From Trichoplax sp. H2 (lineage: Eukaryota): a stretch of DNA of 64,000 nucleotides. Made by a program: the position numbers and the translations under genes. The notes under the pieces are model-generated. The model ran no database searches. It worked only from the letters and a program-made list of their open reading frames with translations, and was not told where the DNA came from. Positions 1 through 12,142 of this stretch are shown piece by piece; positions within the stretch are counted from its first letter, which is position 1; each line of letters starts with the position of its first letter. The stretch spans positions 558,001 to 622,000 of the forward strand of contig NOWV01000001.1 in NCBI GenBank assembly GCA_003344405.1, written 5' to 3'.

Positions 1-13
1 CATTTCATTATAA

Positions 14-1148
14 TTATTTAAGAACACCATCTTTACGAACTGCCGATCGTAAGCAAGATCTTATAAAACTGAAATCGTTATTTTATGGATAAAATTAAGA
101 ATTTATTATTACTATCATTATCAATACTACATTACTGCACCTGGCCTTGGATTCTTCCTTAAGTCTGTCCCTCCTCCTTTTCTTCTTTAGTTTACGTTTT
201 TGATTTTTTGTTAAGATATTCTGCTCAGAAACTTGATCATTCAACGTTATTTCCTTTTTTCCAGGTAACTCCGCAAGATGAATCTTATTTGAGATTTCAC
301 CTACAATATACGTATTCATATAATATTGCATTTGCTCATTTTATTTCCAATTAATTACTAACGTTGCATCCTTTTATAACCTGAATGTTCTTTAGGTCAT
401 AGCTAAACATATTCTAGGAAACGCCTAGCTATTATCTCCTCGGAGGTAAGATAACTGCTCTATTACATCGATATTCGTATGTTTTTGCAACATTACAGTA
501 TTGGCTCACTCAATACAGAAATACGAAACGTTCACACTTATGAAGTAGCAAGTGGCAGTACTAACTGAGGGTTCGTACTAAGGAATCATTGATATATGAT
601 TCATTTTATAATTTTTGTACGGTATGTTGTGCTCGATAAATAAGTTAACGTCTAGTACCCAGTATCACCGTATGAATAAGTAAATCAACTTAGAATAACC
701 GGACCGACATTACTGTACAATGTGCATCAGAGTACTGCAAATCACTATTGTACATACCTACATGCTTCTGTATTTTAGTCTTCCGAGGTAATGCGATGTC
801 GTCAGTATTTGATAAATCATGATCGTCATCATCTTTTGCCCAATTATTGTCCATAATTGGAGGCAGAGATTCTGCACCTTCGCTGTTAACTTTGTTTGGA
901 TCAGTCACATCAGTCATATCTTGTGCATCACTAGAGCTAATATTACTTTCAAATAGATTCGGATATAACTTTTCTAGTACGCGCCTCTTGAAATCTGATG
1001 AATTATAACATTGAAATGGATCGGTTAAAATCTGATAACACAGACTACAGTGTCATTAATTTTACAAGTACAACTAACAGAATTAACCCATTTCTCTGGA
1101 AAATCTTGCTTCCTCATCCTCACTGGTATCCGATCCCGCATCCTCCAT
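14..1148 (-). CDS. ERICH1: ERICH1-like (glutamate-rich protein 1 family) gene. Exons 1148-1088, 994-758, 300-141, 68-?; it may continue past the left edge (in-frame TAA at 16-14 if the last exon is not spliced).
   Basis: Phase-consistent GT-AG joining gives MEDAGSDTSEDEEARFSREM|DFKRRVLEKLYP...|GEISNK...LTKNQKRKLKKKRRRDRLK. The blocks FKRRVLEKLYP and TKNQKRKLKKK resemble the recalled ERICH1 blocks FVEKVLQRLFP and SKNKKRKLKKK. ORFs 690-917 and 95-331 are parts of exons 2 and 3. Confidence 0.6.
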
Positions 1149-1219
1149 CTTTAATGCAATGTACAGTATAGCATTAATAATAAATATCCGAACTGTGTTG
1201 TGAACGAAGACCAAAATGC

Positions 1220-1460
1220 TGTTCTGTACTGCGCTCAATTACACTTATACTGTATAATACACTACTTGACTGAGTACAGTATACGGTATAAGAGTACTAT
1301 CGTAGCGGGGAAGACGGTCTAACTTGATATATACTGTACAGTATGAAGAAATCACTATCCGACCATCAGGCCGTCTGCCTGTATGTCTGTATCAGGCCCG
1401 GCTCGGACTGCCGGACTGCTGTAATATAAGCAGAAAGAGAAGGTGACCAATGGCGGTACA
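1220..1460. promoter_or_regulatory. Probable promoter region of the ERICH1-like gene (divergent from XKR-A); relatively GC-rich patch with TACTG/CAGTA motifs
   Basis: Lies immediately upstream of the ATG at 1148 (-). Contains TACTGTACAGTA at ~1332-1343 and GC-rich repeats such as atcaggcc x2 and ggactg x2. Confidence 0.4.
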
Positions 1461-4400
1461 GAAAGCTTTTTCTTTTACCTATTACAGAGTAATTGCATCG
1501 AGCATATGCAGTTTTTTTTACTTTTATGATATTGCATGAATAACGGTGTACAATAGCTCTGATTGCTGTATACATGCGCGATATCATTAATAATATACAT
1601 ATATATGCGAGTACAATCTACTATTACAGTCATATTTTTTAGATATGGGATTTTCGAGATTTTTACCTATGGCTTTCCATTTTTTTCTTCCCAATTTTGA
1701 CTGTATAGCACCGGTATACTACAATATGTTATATACCAGTTGGTAAATTCCCTGCTCGCGATATTTTGCGAGGTTGTTTTTGAACATAATACAGTATTTC
1801 AATATATGTACTGTATAATTTTACTACATTTCTTTGTATGGTCTTAATCTCGTGCAACTCAATAATATTTCGTATTTCTTATGTTATGAACGATACTCAG
1901 AAATTGTTGGGACATGTGCTGTTGTGCACTTACACGCAGGCCCTCCGACAATGGTAATATCACACATATCATAGATAATAAATACTTTATAGTAAATATC
2001 TAGACTAATATTTTGTCAAATGTCATCCTTATTTTCGTTTTAGGCACCTATAAAAGCGTAGTCCTATCATAGATTAACCGATTAAATCGGTTCGCATCTC
2101 TTTATCTGATAGGCCCTAATTTAGAGCAAGTTACTTTTCGATATAGAACAGTGGTACTCTTGCTAAATTATCGACTCAGATGTAATTTCGTCGATCAGAT
2201 ATCTTACTATGAGATCATAATTTACAAAAATAATTTATCTTATAACAAAAATAAATTTACTGCATTAATTCTTACTAATCAATAATTCATATTCATTCAT
2301 TTACACGCTCTTACAAGCTACGTACAGTAGACGGTATCTGCAGTCTCTACTGTATATAACATCGTGCCCTGGCGTACCGATCAAAATTTTACTTGGTCTA
2401 CAACGCTACACGTGCACAGTATTAGCTTGTGCCATAAGCTTTATGCGCTTATACACAGTACCCGTGCGATAATCTCTCTACCGACAGATTATGACGATCT
2501 TAAATGGACTATTAAAATTTTGAGAATTTTTCTAGAATATTAGTTTTAACCGATAAAAGCATTATCGAAATTTAAGGTATCCTGAATTAAGTTATGTACA
2601 CAAATTTCAAGTTTGACTACAACAATTAATGTCCACCCAGGGGTTACTCAACGATTTTCCCCTCCGGTCCACCTTACTACTATATTACAGTCATCTAAAA
2701 TGAAAGCGTTTCAAAGTTGCTGCAATATAGTAAATGACTACGGTATACGAGTATATTTGTACAATACTAATCATTATACGGTTAGCATAGAATATGCATA
2801 CAGATAGAACCATATTACATTCTACTATTTTGCTACTTATCCACAGTAATTAGGATATTATAATATTTTTATCATATTTTTTCTTAAAATGAAACTACTG
2901 AATTACTTCATACGTGTAGGTAGATTTAAATTACGTTATTTAAGTAAGTTTACATTTCAATGTAGAAATGTAAACTGGACGCCGTAGCGGATTTAAAAGT
3001 GTGTATTCATCGTTTACTTTAACGGCATATCATGGATTACTAAATTACCGCTTAATCCATAGGGTACCCCTATTACACCAACGTAGTGTACGCATGTACT
3101 CGTAGCATATTGAACTACATTCATTTTGTTTTAAGCAAGAAAACTTTGATTGCAATTCATTATTATATACTGTACATCTAAATATACATATATAGAGAGA
3201 GATATTATGCAGCATTTATCAGTACCATAGTATGTTTTTCCTAATTATAATTAGATGGTGATATTATTCGTTAACAAGTTCAAGCAGTCGTAGCACCTAG
3301 ATTGTAGCTTAAGTTAAATAACTCATCACGTAACTAATTTAAATACTGTTACATTTAGTTTCACTCTTTATAAACTCATTTTTTAAATCTGTGTCATATT
3401 TGTCAGGAATGTTAACTTTCATCCATACAATCCATTTTCAAGCGCTACATAATGTAACAGATGAATTGTTCGCTATACTATTCATGAATATATTAAAAAT
3501 TATTAAATAAATCTACCGCTTCTAGTGAGTAGAAATAATCGTTAGCCAATAGCAATTGCCTATGCGGAGAGAAATTCCACCGTATTCTATTCGTTCTTTG
3601 CATCTTCTCCTCCCCTTTTACAAGGACCCAATACTGTATTAATGTAATTCTACAATTAAACAATCATTCCTATCGCAATTCAGTTCTACTGTCTAGATCA
3701 ATCTTACTTTGTAATTTTTTTCATTATCTTAGTAATAATTATATCAAATATGGCTCCGAAGTTGGATTGAGTTGATATCGTTGGCAGACAGCGTTAATTG
3801 AAAAAATTTCTTAAACAAAGAAAATGATAATAACATCTTACGTCATATTATAAATTTTTAATTACCGAAATGTTGAATATTGGATGAAATGCGTAAAAGC
3901 CGTATCTTTTAATAGCCCTATAAATTACGACAGATTTTTTAACTCCGCTATAATTATCTATTTATAATTTAAATCAAAATTAAGAAGAAACATAACGTGA
4001 ACGCAGATGAAGGCGCTACTTAATTAGATTGCTGACTATATTATTGACATAGTATTGTTACAAACAACGAAGTTCTATTACTTTAATAGAGGTCAAAATA
4101 ATTGCTATGCTAGCTTTGAATTGGGTTGTTGTTTATAATCGCTAGATTACTTCTTGACGGGACAAAAAACACTATTGTTGTCAGCAATTGATATTATCAT
4201 AGCAATAGTAGATTAGCCTATAAGGTAGCATAAAAAAGTACACAGTCAACTCGGTCATCAATTACTTTTCTATTGACTAACGATGATTCATAAACTCATC
4301 TTTTATACGTGCACTGTCGAATAACAAGATAATAAGTAACGCTGACCTTCCACCTTCCACCAAACCCCGTCAGTATTTTAATTATACTATTGGTAAAGCA

Positions 4401-4939
4401 ATATTGACGATATTTTTACCAAATTTGATAGTCTCTACTCCATTGGACTACAGCTTTAAATCGAATCATTTTGCAAAATTTATCTACAATTATAATTATC
4501 TTATTAAACTTGATGGATATTAAAAACTTGTTTTTTCTGTAAGCGTCAAGGAAATTTTGGATCGTATGGTCATCCTCTTTAGCGAAAAATATCACTCGAA
4601 GCCATGCAATAATCTGTAAGAGTACTTCCTTAATTACCATAGACATCAAGTACTGTAAGATTAGTGTTTATAATTCGGATCTAAAGTAGAGAGCATTTAT
4701 CTTGATTCATCACAATTCACTTCAAAAATTTTAATCATACAGTCTAAAAATCGACTTTCTCTTCTTTATCAATCCTTACTGGACATTTCTACATCCTCTG
4801 TAACATTAATTTATTCCCATTAAAAAAACAATATCATTCCGAAATCTTCCTAGATGGCGATAAAGCTGTTACTCTAGTATCAAAGTTTGACTAAGTTATT
4901 GTTAATGGCTTCTTAAGTGATCGTGTAACAAAGCAAAAG

Positions 4940-7900
4940 ATGATCAACATTCTCAAATCGAAAAAAGCGACGAATAAGAGCGCGGATCAAGAAGGCAAAA
5001 GTAATCAACAGAATCAACAGCAGAAAAGCGAAGAAACCAATCACTCTAATGATAACCCTAATCGCGATTTATGTGTCAAAAGTTTATCACTACCGGTGGA
5101 ATTTATTGCGCGAAATAGAAGTCAACTTGAATATGGTCTTGAACGAAAATTTCGATGGTCCAAGAAGCGTTGTTTATTCTATATTTTGAGCGAAATCATT
5201 TTTATCGCTAATTTTACCACCGATATTGTTGTTGGCATCGATTATATTTCTTATGGAAGTACAAGCTGGGGCTGGACAATCATTATCCTAGCTATTGCTT
5301 GCTTACTGTTTCAACAGCTCTTTTCCTTAATTTGGTCAATAAAGCTCTGTAGCAAAGATGGCGAAAATAACAATGCTGGAGTTCCCAACGAAAATGTATC
5401 GAACCACCGTTCCTGGAATGCCTGTCAAACAGGCTTTAAACATCTCTTTTGTCTTAGTCGTCTATATAGGTAAGACCAGAATAAGTATTAGACTTGATAA
5501 ATTATTTGATCATGATAAAAAAGAAGCGGAATTCGCTCTCAACTTGTCTGCTTAATATTATCTTATAATGCTATTTATGCTTTAATCATATTCTGAAACG
5601 TAACTGTCATTGTCAGCCTATGTAAAAAATACTAATAGTAACTAAGTAAATTAAAGATATCGTTGTTAAAGAGTTAAAATTATTCTTTTACTTGAGATGT
5701 TATTTTTGTCTTGGCTGAACAGTCATTTTCTTTTATATCACTTTTTAAAAATAGGATACTAATTACTGTCGTATATTAATCATCGAAACTGATGATACAC
5801 TTTAGTTAAGCAATGCTAATTTCAGGTGTTCTGACCTCCATCAACGTTACTAAAACTGGAAACAATTTTAATACCCTCTACTATATACTCTATTCTTTAA
5901 CATTTGCATTTTAAAATTGAGATTAGCGAGGCATCAAATTGAACATCTATATTCCGATGCCGCCATAGAAAAAACTTGCGTCATAGTAAATATCTTTTGA
6001 TAAATTAATTCACAGAATTAAGCTATATTTTGAGCCTTAGCTTTTTACAGCGTAGATGACAGTTGTGGCTTTTTCTCTCATTTACGCAAAGTGATTCAAA
6101 TATAAAAAATTCTACTGCTAAAATTAGTATCAAATACAGTTAGTGTGACAGTTACATTGTATTGGATCCTTCCTTCCATGTAAGCGTAATATTATCGAGT
6201 CCTACGTAATAATAACATCTTAGGAAGTATTGTATCATCATTACATATTATATGCATTATTTCTGTACAGTAATGCTATAGGTAAGATGGAAGAAAAAGA
6301 TCTCATATGCAATATGTTGCCTTGTTTGCAACGTCCAAGTCGATAAGAAACACTTTACAGTTGCATGATAATGTAGAACTAATTATAACGAATCACTATA
6401 TAGAAACATTCATTAACTAGTCGTCGGTATCATTTCTATTCTGTTGTTAGATAAATCTTTCAGCTGTAGTGCATATTTCAATATTAACAACAAATTAGAT
6501 ATGGAGCCATTTCTTGACTATTTAGATTGTATTACCAAACTGTTATTATCTATTTGAAAACAAGCTCCACGTGCAGCATAATAACACAAATCATCAAACT
6601 GTAGCGTGGCTTGTAATGGCATTAATAGGGATTATCCCTGCTGTTACATTATTCTAAAGTCTGCTGTCGTATGGCTTCATATTTTAGCTGCTCTAAGTCA
6701 ACGGCTATATGAAGCAATCCATCCGAGAATAGATTTAACGCATAATTGGATAAGACACATAAATTGACTTTTAAAATGTACCATACTATATTATTACCAG
6801 AAGGGATCACCCCTACTGTTATATAAGTTCATGCCTGTAAATGTAGTCGCTATCTTCAGATGAAAAGAATTTTAAATGAATATCTTTAAATAACTAGTAT
6901 TTTTGCTATCAATAGTAACTGTTTTAAAGTTATTTCGCGTGATTACTACATCTGAGACTTAAGTATAAATACTTATATAGTCTTTTCTTTTTCGATAAAA
7001 ACTCTTAGGTATATTCATTTAATACATCGAGGTAGAAAGGAACATAATAGGAGAGAGGATACGCTGATTGTATTCGAGCTATTAGAAACTACAGTACTAG
7101 ATGTCATAGAAGCTGCTGTTACTAGTGCACCGCAGTTAACGATTCAATGTTATTTGATGATAGAATTGTCTGAAGTATCGGTACTTCGAGTTATATCAGT
7201 TATCATATCGGCGGTAGAGATTAGCTACGCTATTGCACATCATGCCAGAATATTACGTGAATCGGAAAGCCAGTTACGACCTACAGCTAACACACTTTCT
7301 AAATCAGGTTGGTAATATTTTGATAGTATCTTGTATTCTCGAATATAATAATCCTACAGTGTAAATAATGTAAATATAATCGAGGTATAATTACAGAAAA
7401 ATCATGAGATCTTTATGTATTTATGATTATTGCGTTGAAGAAACGGCGCTGATATGTATCTTGTTGATCTATTAGTAATCTTGACTCTAACAGTAATGAT
7501 AGATATTTGAAGTAAAGTCGTAAAATACGTCACGTTAGAGTATTTAGCTAGTAAAATGCTAGGTAGGGCATTGGCTTACAATAATGACATTTAAGCATGG
7601 ATAACTTAACGGCTACTAACAGCAGCCTATGCAGTAAGGCTAAAATTTCGAAGTAACTATAAAAATATCTTCTTTATGTTAGAATACGATCATAAATATG
7701 TTTCAACTAAGATATTATTATTCTAAACATACTGAATTTTTCCATTATTAAATACAAGATTTGCAATTGCAATTTCATAGCTAGCCAAGGCATGCCGTAA
7801 TTAGTGAATAATGAGAAAAATAATTTTTGTTAAAACTAGGTTGAATGATGTCGATAGTATAGTCGCGAAAGCTAACTATAGTATGTAATAAGAAATTTAC

Positions 7901-9397
7901 TATCCATCATCAATTACTTAAAATATTGAAAATCAAGATTTATTCAAATATAAGTCTTTTCCTTAATGTTTTATCATGTATGAAACTGTAATACTTCATT
8001 GTGCAATTTATTAAACCTGAGTATAACTGCAGAAAATAATTTCCTTTTTGATTTTTAAACAGGTTATTTCGTCTATACCATGTGGCGATTCTGCACAGTA
8101 GCTTCACGAATGATTTTCTTAGGTATCTGCGCATATACTATTGGCATTTACATCTTTGTTATGTTTGCATGCCATTGGATTACGGTAGCTATTATCTCAC
8201 TTTGGGATGGAGCTGGAAATTACTTTGCTTCTCCAATCAGAAAGTATACGTTTTGCATTATGCTTGGCTATATAGATAACTTTTTCTTCCTTAACGTCAA
8301 GCAAGGTTTGTTATTTTACAGTACCATTATTTTAATTTATAAATTCTCTTGCTAGTAAATACATATATTATTGCCTTATTTTTTGTTAACTAGTCTTTTT
8401 TAGTGTTCATGAGATAATATTTAAATTAATTTAATTTATTTTTCATGCATGTATCAGCTAATTATTATTTCCTCTATAATGATTTTATTACGTAGGGAGA
8501 ACTCGAATGCGCTATTTGGTCCATTTTTTTTTACTTTTTGTGGAATTAACTAGTGTAGTTCTGTACTGCTTATTAACTAACAAAATATCTCGACCAGTAG
8601 TCTTACCTGTGCTTTTAACAGCTTTATTATTTTACGTTATTGGAGCTGCTTTTATGATCACCTATTACTGTTGTGCGCACCCAACTAAAGATCGACTTTC
8701 AACATATCTTATGCAGCCACGTTTACCCAAATCAGCAACACGTCAGTCTATTCAACTTTATTATTCTCAAGCTAATTCAAGGAATCCAACACCTAATATC
8801 CAAAGACGTGGAAACGTCCTATCTCAGCCCGGATCGAGACGTCATAGTATAACAGATAATATTGATAATGCAACCGGCAATCTTCCTGTGTTTAGAAAGA
8901 GTATAACTGAATTAGGCTCACAAAGAGAAGGCGAATCTAATCAATTCTTACATCCTAATAAAGCCGCCATCATATTTGCTGATCGATTAGCTAAGTTAAA
9001 CCATGATACAATTGAAGAGGAATCTGCTATTGAACAGACAGTTAGCATAACTATATCGACTGATAGCTATTCTAAACCGAATGAGGTATCAAACGGAGAA
9101 CTCGATATGGCAGAAGTATTTTCAACAAATTCTAGATCAAGTCATGAGGATGATGAAGATATTGCTGCTTCAGATTCCGGTATAGCTATCAGTTCTGGAG
9201 GTAATTCTTACCTATATCGCACTGATATGGTAAGCCAAAGTAAAAGTGTCCAACAAACCATAACGTTGGAAGAAACAAATGGAAATATTGCTATGATTAC
9301 TTCTTCCAAGAAATCAGGAAGTACCGATAAGAGTATTGCAGTAATTGATAAAGGTTCATCAAATAAAATATTAAAATACCGCACTACTACTCTATAA
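4940..9397 (+). CDS. XKR: XK-related protein (Xkr phospholipid scramblase family), paralog A. Exons 4940-5469, 7009-7307, 8063-8305, 8496-9397; about 657 aa.
   Basis: All junctions are GT-AG and phase-consistent (1974 nt). XK hallmarks: TM1 FIANFTTDIVVGIDY, WGWTIIIL, EAAVTSAPQLTIQCY, WRFCTVASR, CHW, FFFLNVKQGRTRMRY, YYCCAHP. Ends in a long Ser/Thr-rich cytoplasmic tail. Exon 2 is absent from the ORF track but is open across its whole length. Confidence 0.92.
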
Positions 9398-10939
9398 CTT
9401 CATACCTTCAATATTAACTTTACGGTTGCCAAAGTGATCTAAAACTTGCTAGGCACAAATTTTGTTATAATTTTTATTAATGCAGAGTTGACTGAAATTG
9501 CATCGGTGTATGAGTTAAAAATGAAGTTTATTTGCAACCCGTATTAATAAGAATTAATACGATAACTTGATAATTCTTATTTCTAATGTAATTAATTTTT
9601 TTAACTTTATCGTACATTTATGCCTATGTGTTTAACAGTGATCTGTAGGTAGAATACGACACAGTAATGATTATTGAATATAGAAGATATAAACCTGGAG
9701 CAATTATACGCATTTAAGATTTCTTCCTTCTAATAGCGTCTATGCCACGAGTTTTAAGTATTTGAGGCTAAATGAGACTTTATAGTTTCCTACCGAATAT
9801 TTAATGAGATTGATATTACGATCTACAATATCAAACATTTTTGTACCTACTTAAATAGTTTATTAGGATTAGATGTTTATACAGTATATACAGCATATAA
9901 GTAAGCAATGTAATTGTACCGATGTGGCGTTATAAAAAAATTTTCTATCAACAAGAAAGATAGAAAAGAAATCAAGATACAATTCGTGAAACAGCTATTA
10001 CTCAAAGTCCATTATTGATGCTGAATGACACTCCCGATATGGAAATAAATTCATGTGTTAAGTTCTTCTGCTCTATAAGTCCCTGTTCTTCAATGGAGTA
10101 GCTTAAATCTGTTAAATAAAATCCAATCTGTATCATTTCTATTGTATATAGGAGCGATGCTAGTAGTTACTAAACATCACTTCATCAGCTTAGAGTACAA
10201 CTTTTATTATATTACATCTCTTTTAACTTTATATTCAACTGAAGCAGAATCATTATAGTTCTACGACTTCTATTTGAGCTTTTTCCGGTGCTTGCCAATT
10301 TTGTTATGCTTTTTAATCTATTCATTCAAAGTCAATTTATGTAGACGAATAATTTTGATATACATGCATTGTATTAACACTAATCAAGACTCAAGTAAAA
10401 GTGTCTAAATACACTTTGCACGGTAATAATGAATGATATAATTTTACTTCGTCTCTGAGGCTGTAATTGAGAAAGCAATTTACAAATATCCTTTTAACCG
10501 CATATTCGCCTTAGTTGTGTATATCCTGTAATCATGATAGGCTACAAGTATATTGTGCAATAACTTTAATCTAGTATGTTAGTTTACGTGTATACTTCCA
10601 ATGTTTTAAGACAAGAATCTACATCTGCGTTATTTTTAGTTTATTATCGTCAAATTACTGTAAAAATTGTTTTAGAAGAGCAAAATAAAATAAATGAGAA
10701 TACAAGGTAAATTCATGCTATTTCAGCAATTTATAATTAGCGTACGTAGGAATACAATGTCATATCTATACAATATATTCGTTTCACTCTAATTATCCAA
10801 TGATTATCTTCCCTTATACAGTAAAATAATAGATGCATCATAATGATGAAGATATCCCACCAGTAATGATGAATTTTAAAATATCATCTCCTGCTAATGT
10901 AGTATAGCAATCTTACATAGACTATGCCTCCAACAGAAT

Positions 10940-10970
10940 GACTGATTATATAATTATTATATAATCAGTC
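10940..10970. repeat. 31-bp inverted repeat (15-bp arms, 1-nt spacer)
   Basis: GACTGATTATATAAT-T-ATTATATAATCAGTC read directly. Confidence 0.9.
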
Positions 10971-11339
10971 GGCAAGAACACTATTAAATCGGATATTGTT
11001 GTTAGCATCCTTTCATAAAACGAGGTCTCGATGGCGTGCTACCGTGAATAGAAAATATAGTCATAGTTAATTTAATCTTTGCACGAAGTGTATGTCAAAC
11101 TCGTATATGCAATATCTCTAAATAGTGGAAATTCCGTATTAGCTATTCATGGAATGACACCGTTTAATTCAGCAAGAGAGGAACTAGTTGATACTAAACA
11201 TAGTACGATTTCGTCTACCTGATGAAATCTTATCATTAATCAATCGATATTCAATTTTTTTGAGCTTTCAAAGAGTATGCAGTTATAAAGAACGGTTTCA
11301 TTTAAGCCAAGAAAGAATACTATAAAGTTCAGTTCTGAA

Positions 11340-11615
11340 TAAATGTACAGTACAGTACTATAACATCACAAAATATCCTCTGTGGACGATAGAATTCTAA
11401 TATTGAAGTAGAATTCTGGAAAAATAGCCCTGGCCTACAAGTGTACAAGAAACATTTATTCCCTGTTATTCCGATGATACTGCACCGGACGGATGCTAAC
11501 CGGAGAGATGGGCGGAAGGAAATGATCACAGGACAGTACAGTACAGGATACTGTACACATTACAGAGTTCATACTGTATGGTACTGCGCAGTATGTTACT
11601 GCGCAGTACCATACT
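11340..11615. promoter_or_regulatory. Probable promoter region of XKR-B with a TACTG/CAGTA cluster
   Basis: gtacagtacagtact at ~11345; acagtacagtacaggatactgtac at ~11533; two TACTGCGCAGTA palindromes at ~11582-11609; a GC-rich patch at 11480-11520. Confidence 0.4.
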
Positions 11616-12142
11616 TTACACTATAACTTTCAATCGCAAAACAAACATTTATCGTCCAGCTAAAAAGTTTATCGATCGACCAGTTGGATATAACCTAGGC
11701 ATGCTTTCAACGTTCACTTCGGCAATCATGTGCTAGATTGGTTCCATTTTTCCATGTATTTACAGCTATCTTTTAATTAGTGTGTTGGTGCTGTGCTTTG
11801 CTTACTGGCTTAGTGAATTCTCTCAATATTTCAAGCATTCAACGTACATTACTACAAGCAACATACGAGAAATCGCTAACCGAACCGGTGACAGGTCTAC
11901 TGTACAGTGGACGTTACAGTATACAGTTATCTCATCCAATTCTACGCCTAGAATTATTAATTGAATTATTAACAACTAGTTTGAATCAGTAGATGTATTC
12001 GATCCTCGACAATACTAATGTTGACATCGCAAGATTGCTAGCTAACATCCAGATTATAAAAAGGTAGAAAATACACTCATGATTGCGTTATGTCTAGCCA
12101 TTAACCCCTCCGGCCTCGAACGTTACGGTAAATGGTTAAAGG

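Noticed and set aside
1088-1141. Alternative ERICH1-like start (MRDRIP..., ATG at 1141) spliced to an acceptor at 1031
   Set aside because: Also in frame, but the upstream ATG at 1148 has better context, and joining it to 994 places the conserved FKRRVLEKLYP block near the N-terminus as in ERICH1. Not excluded as a minor isoform.
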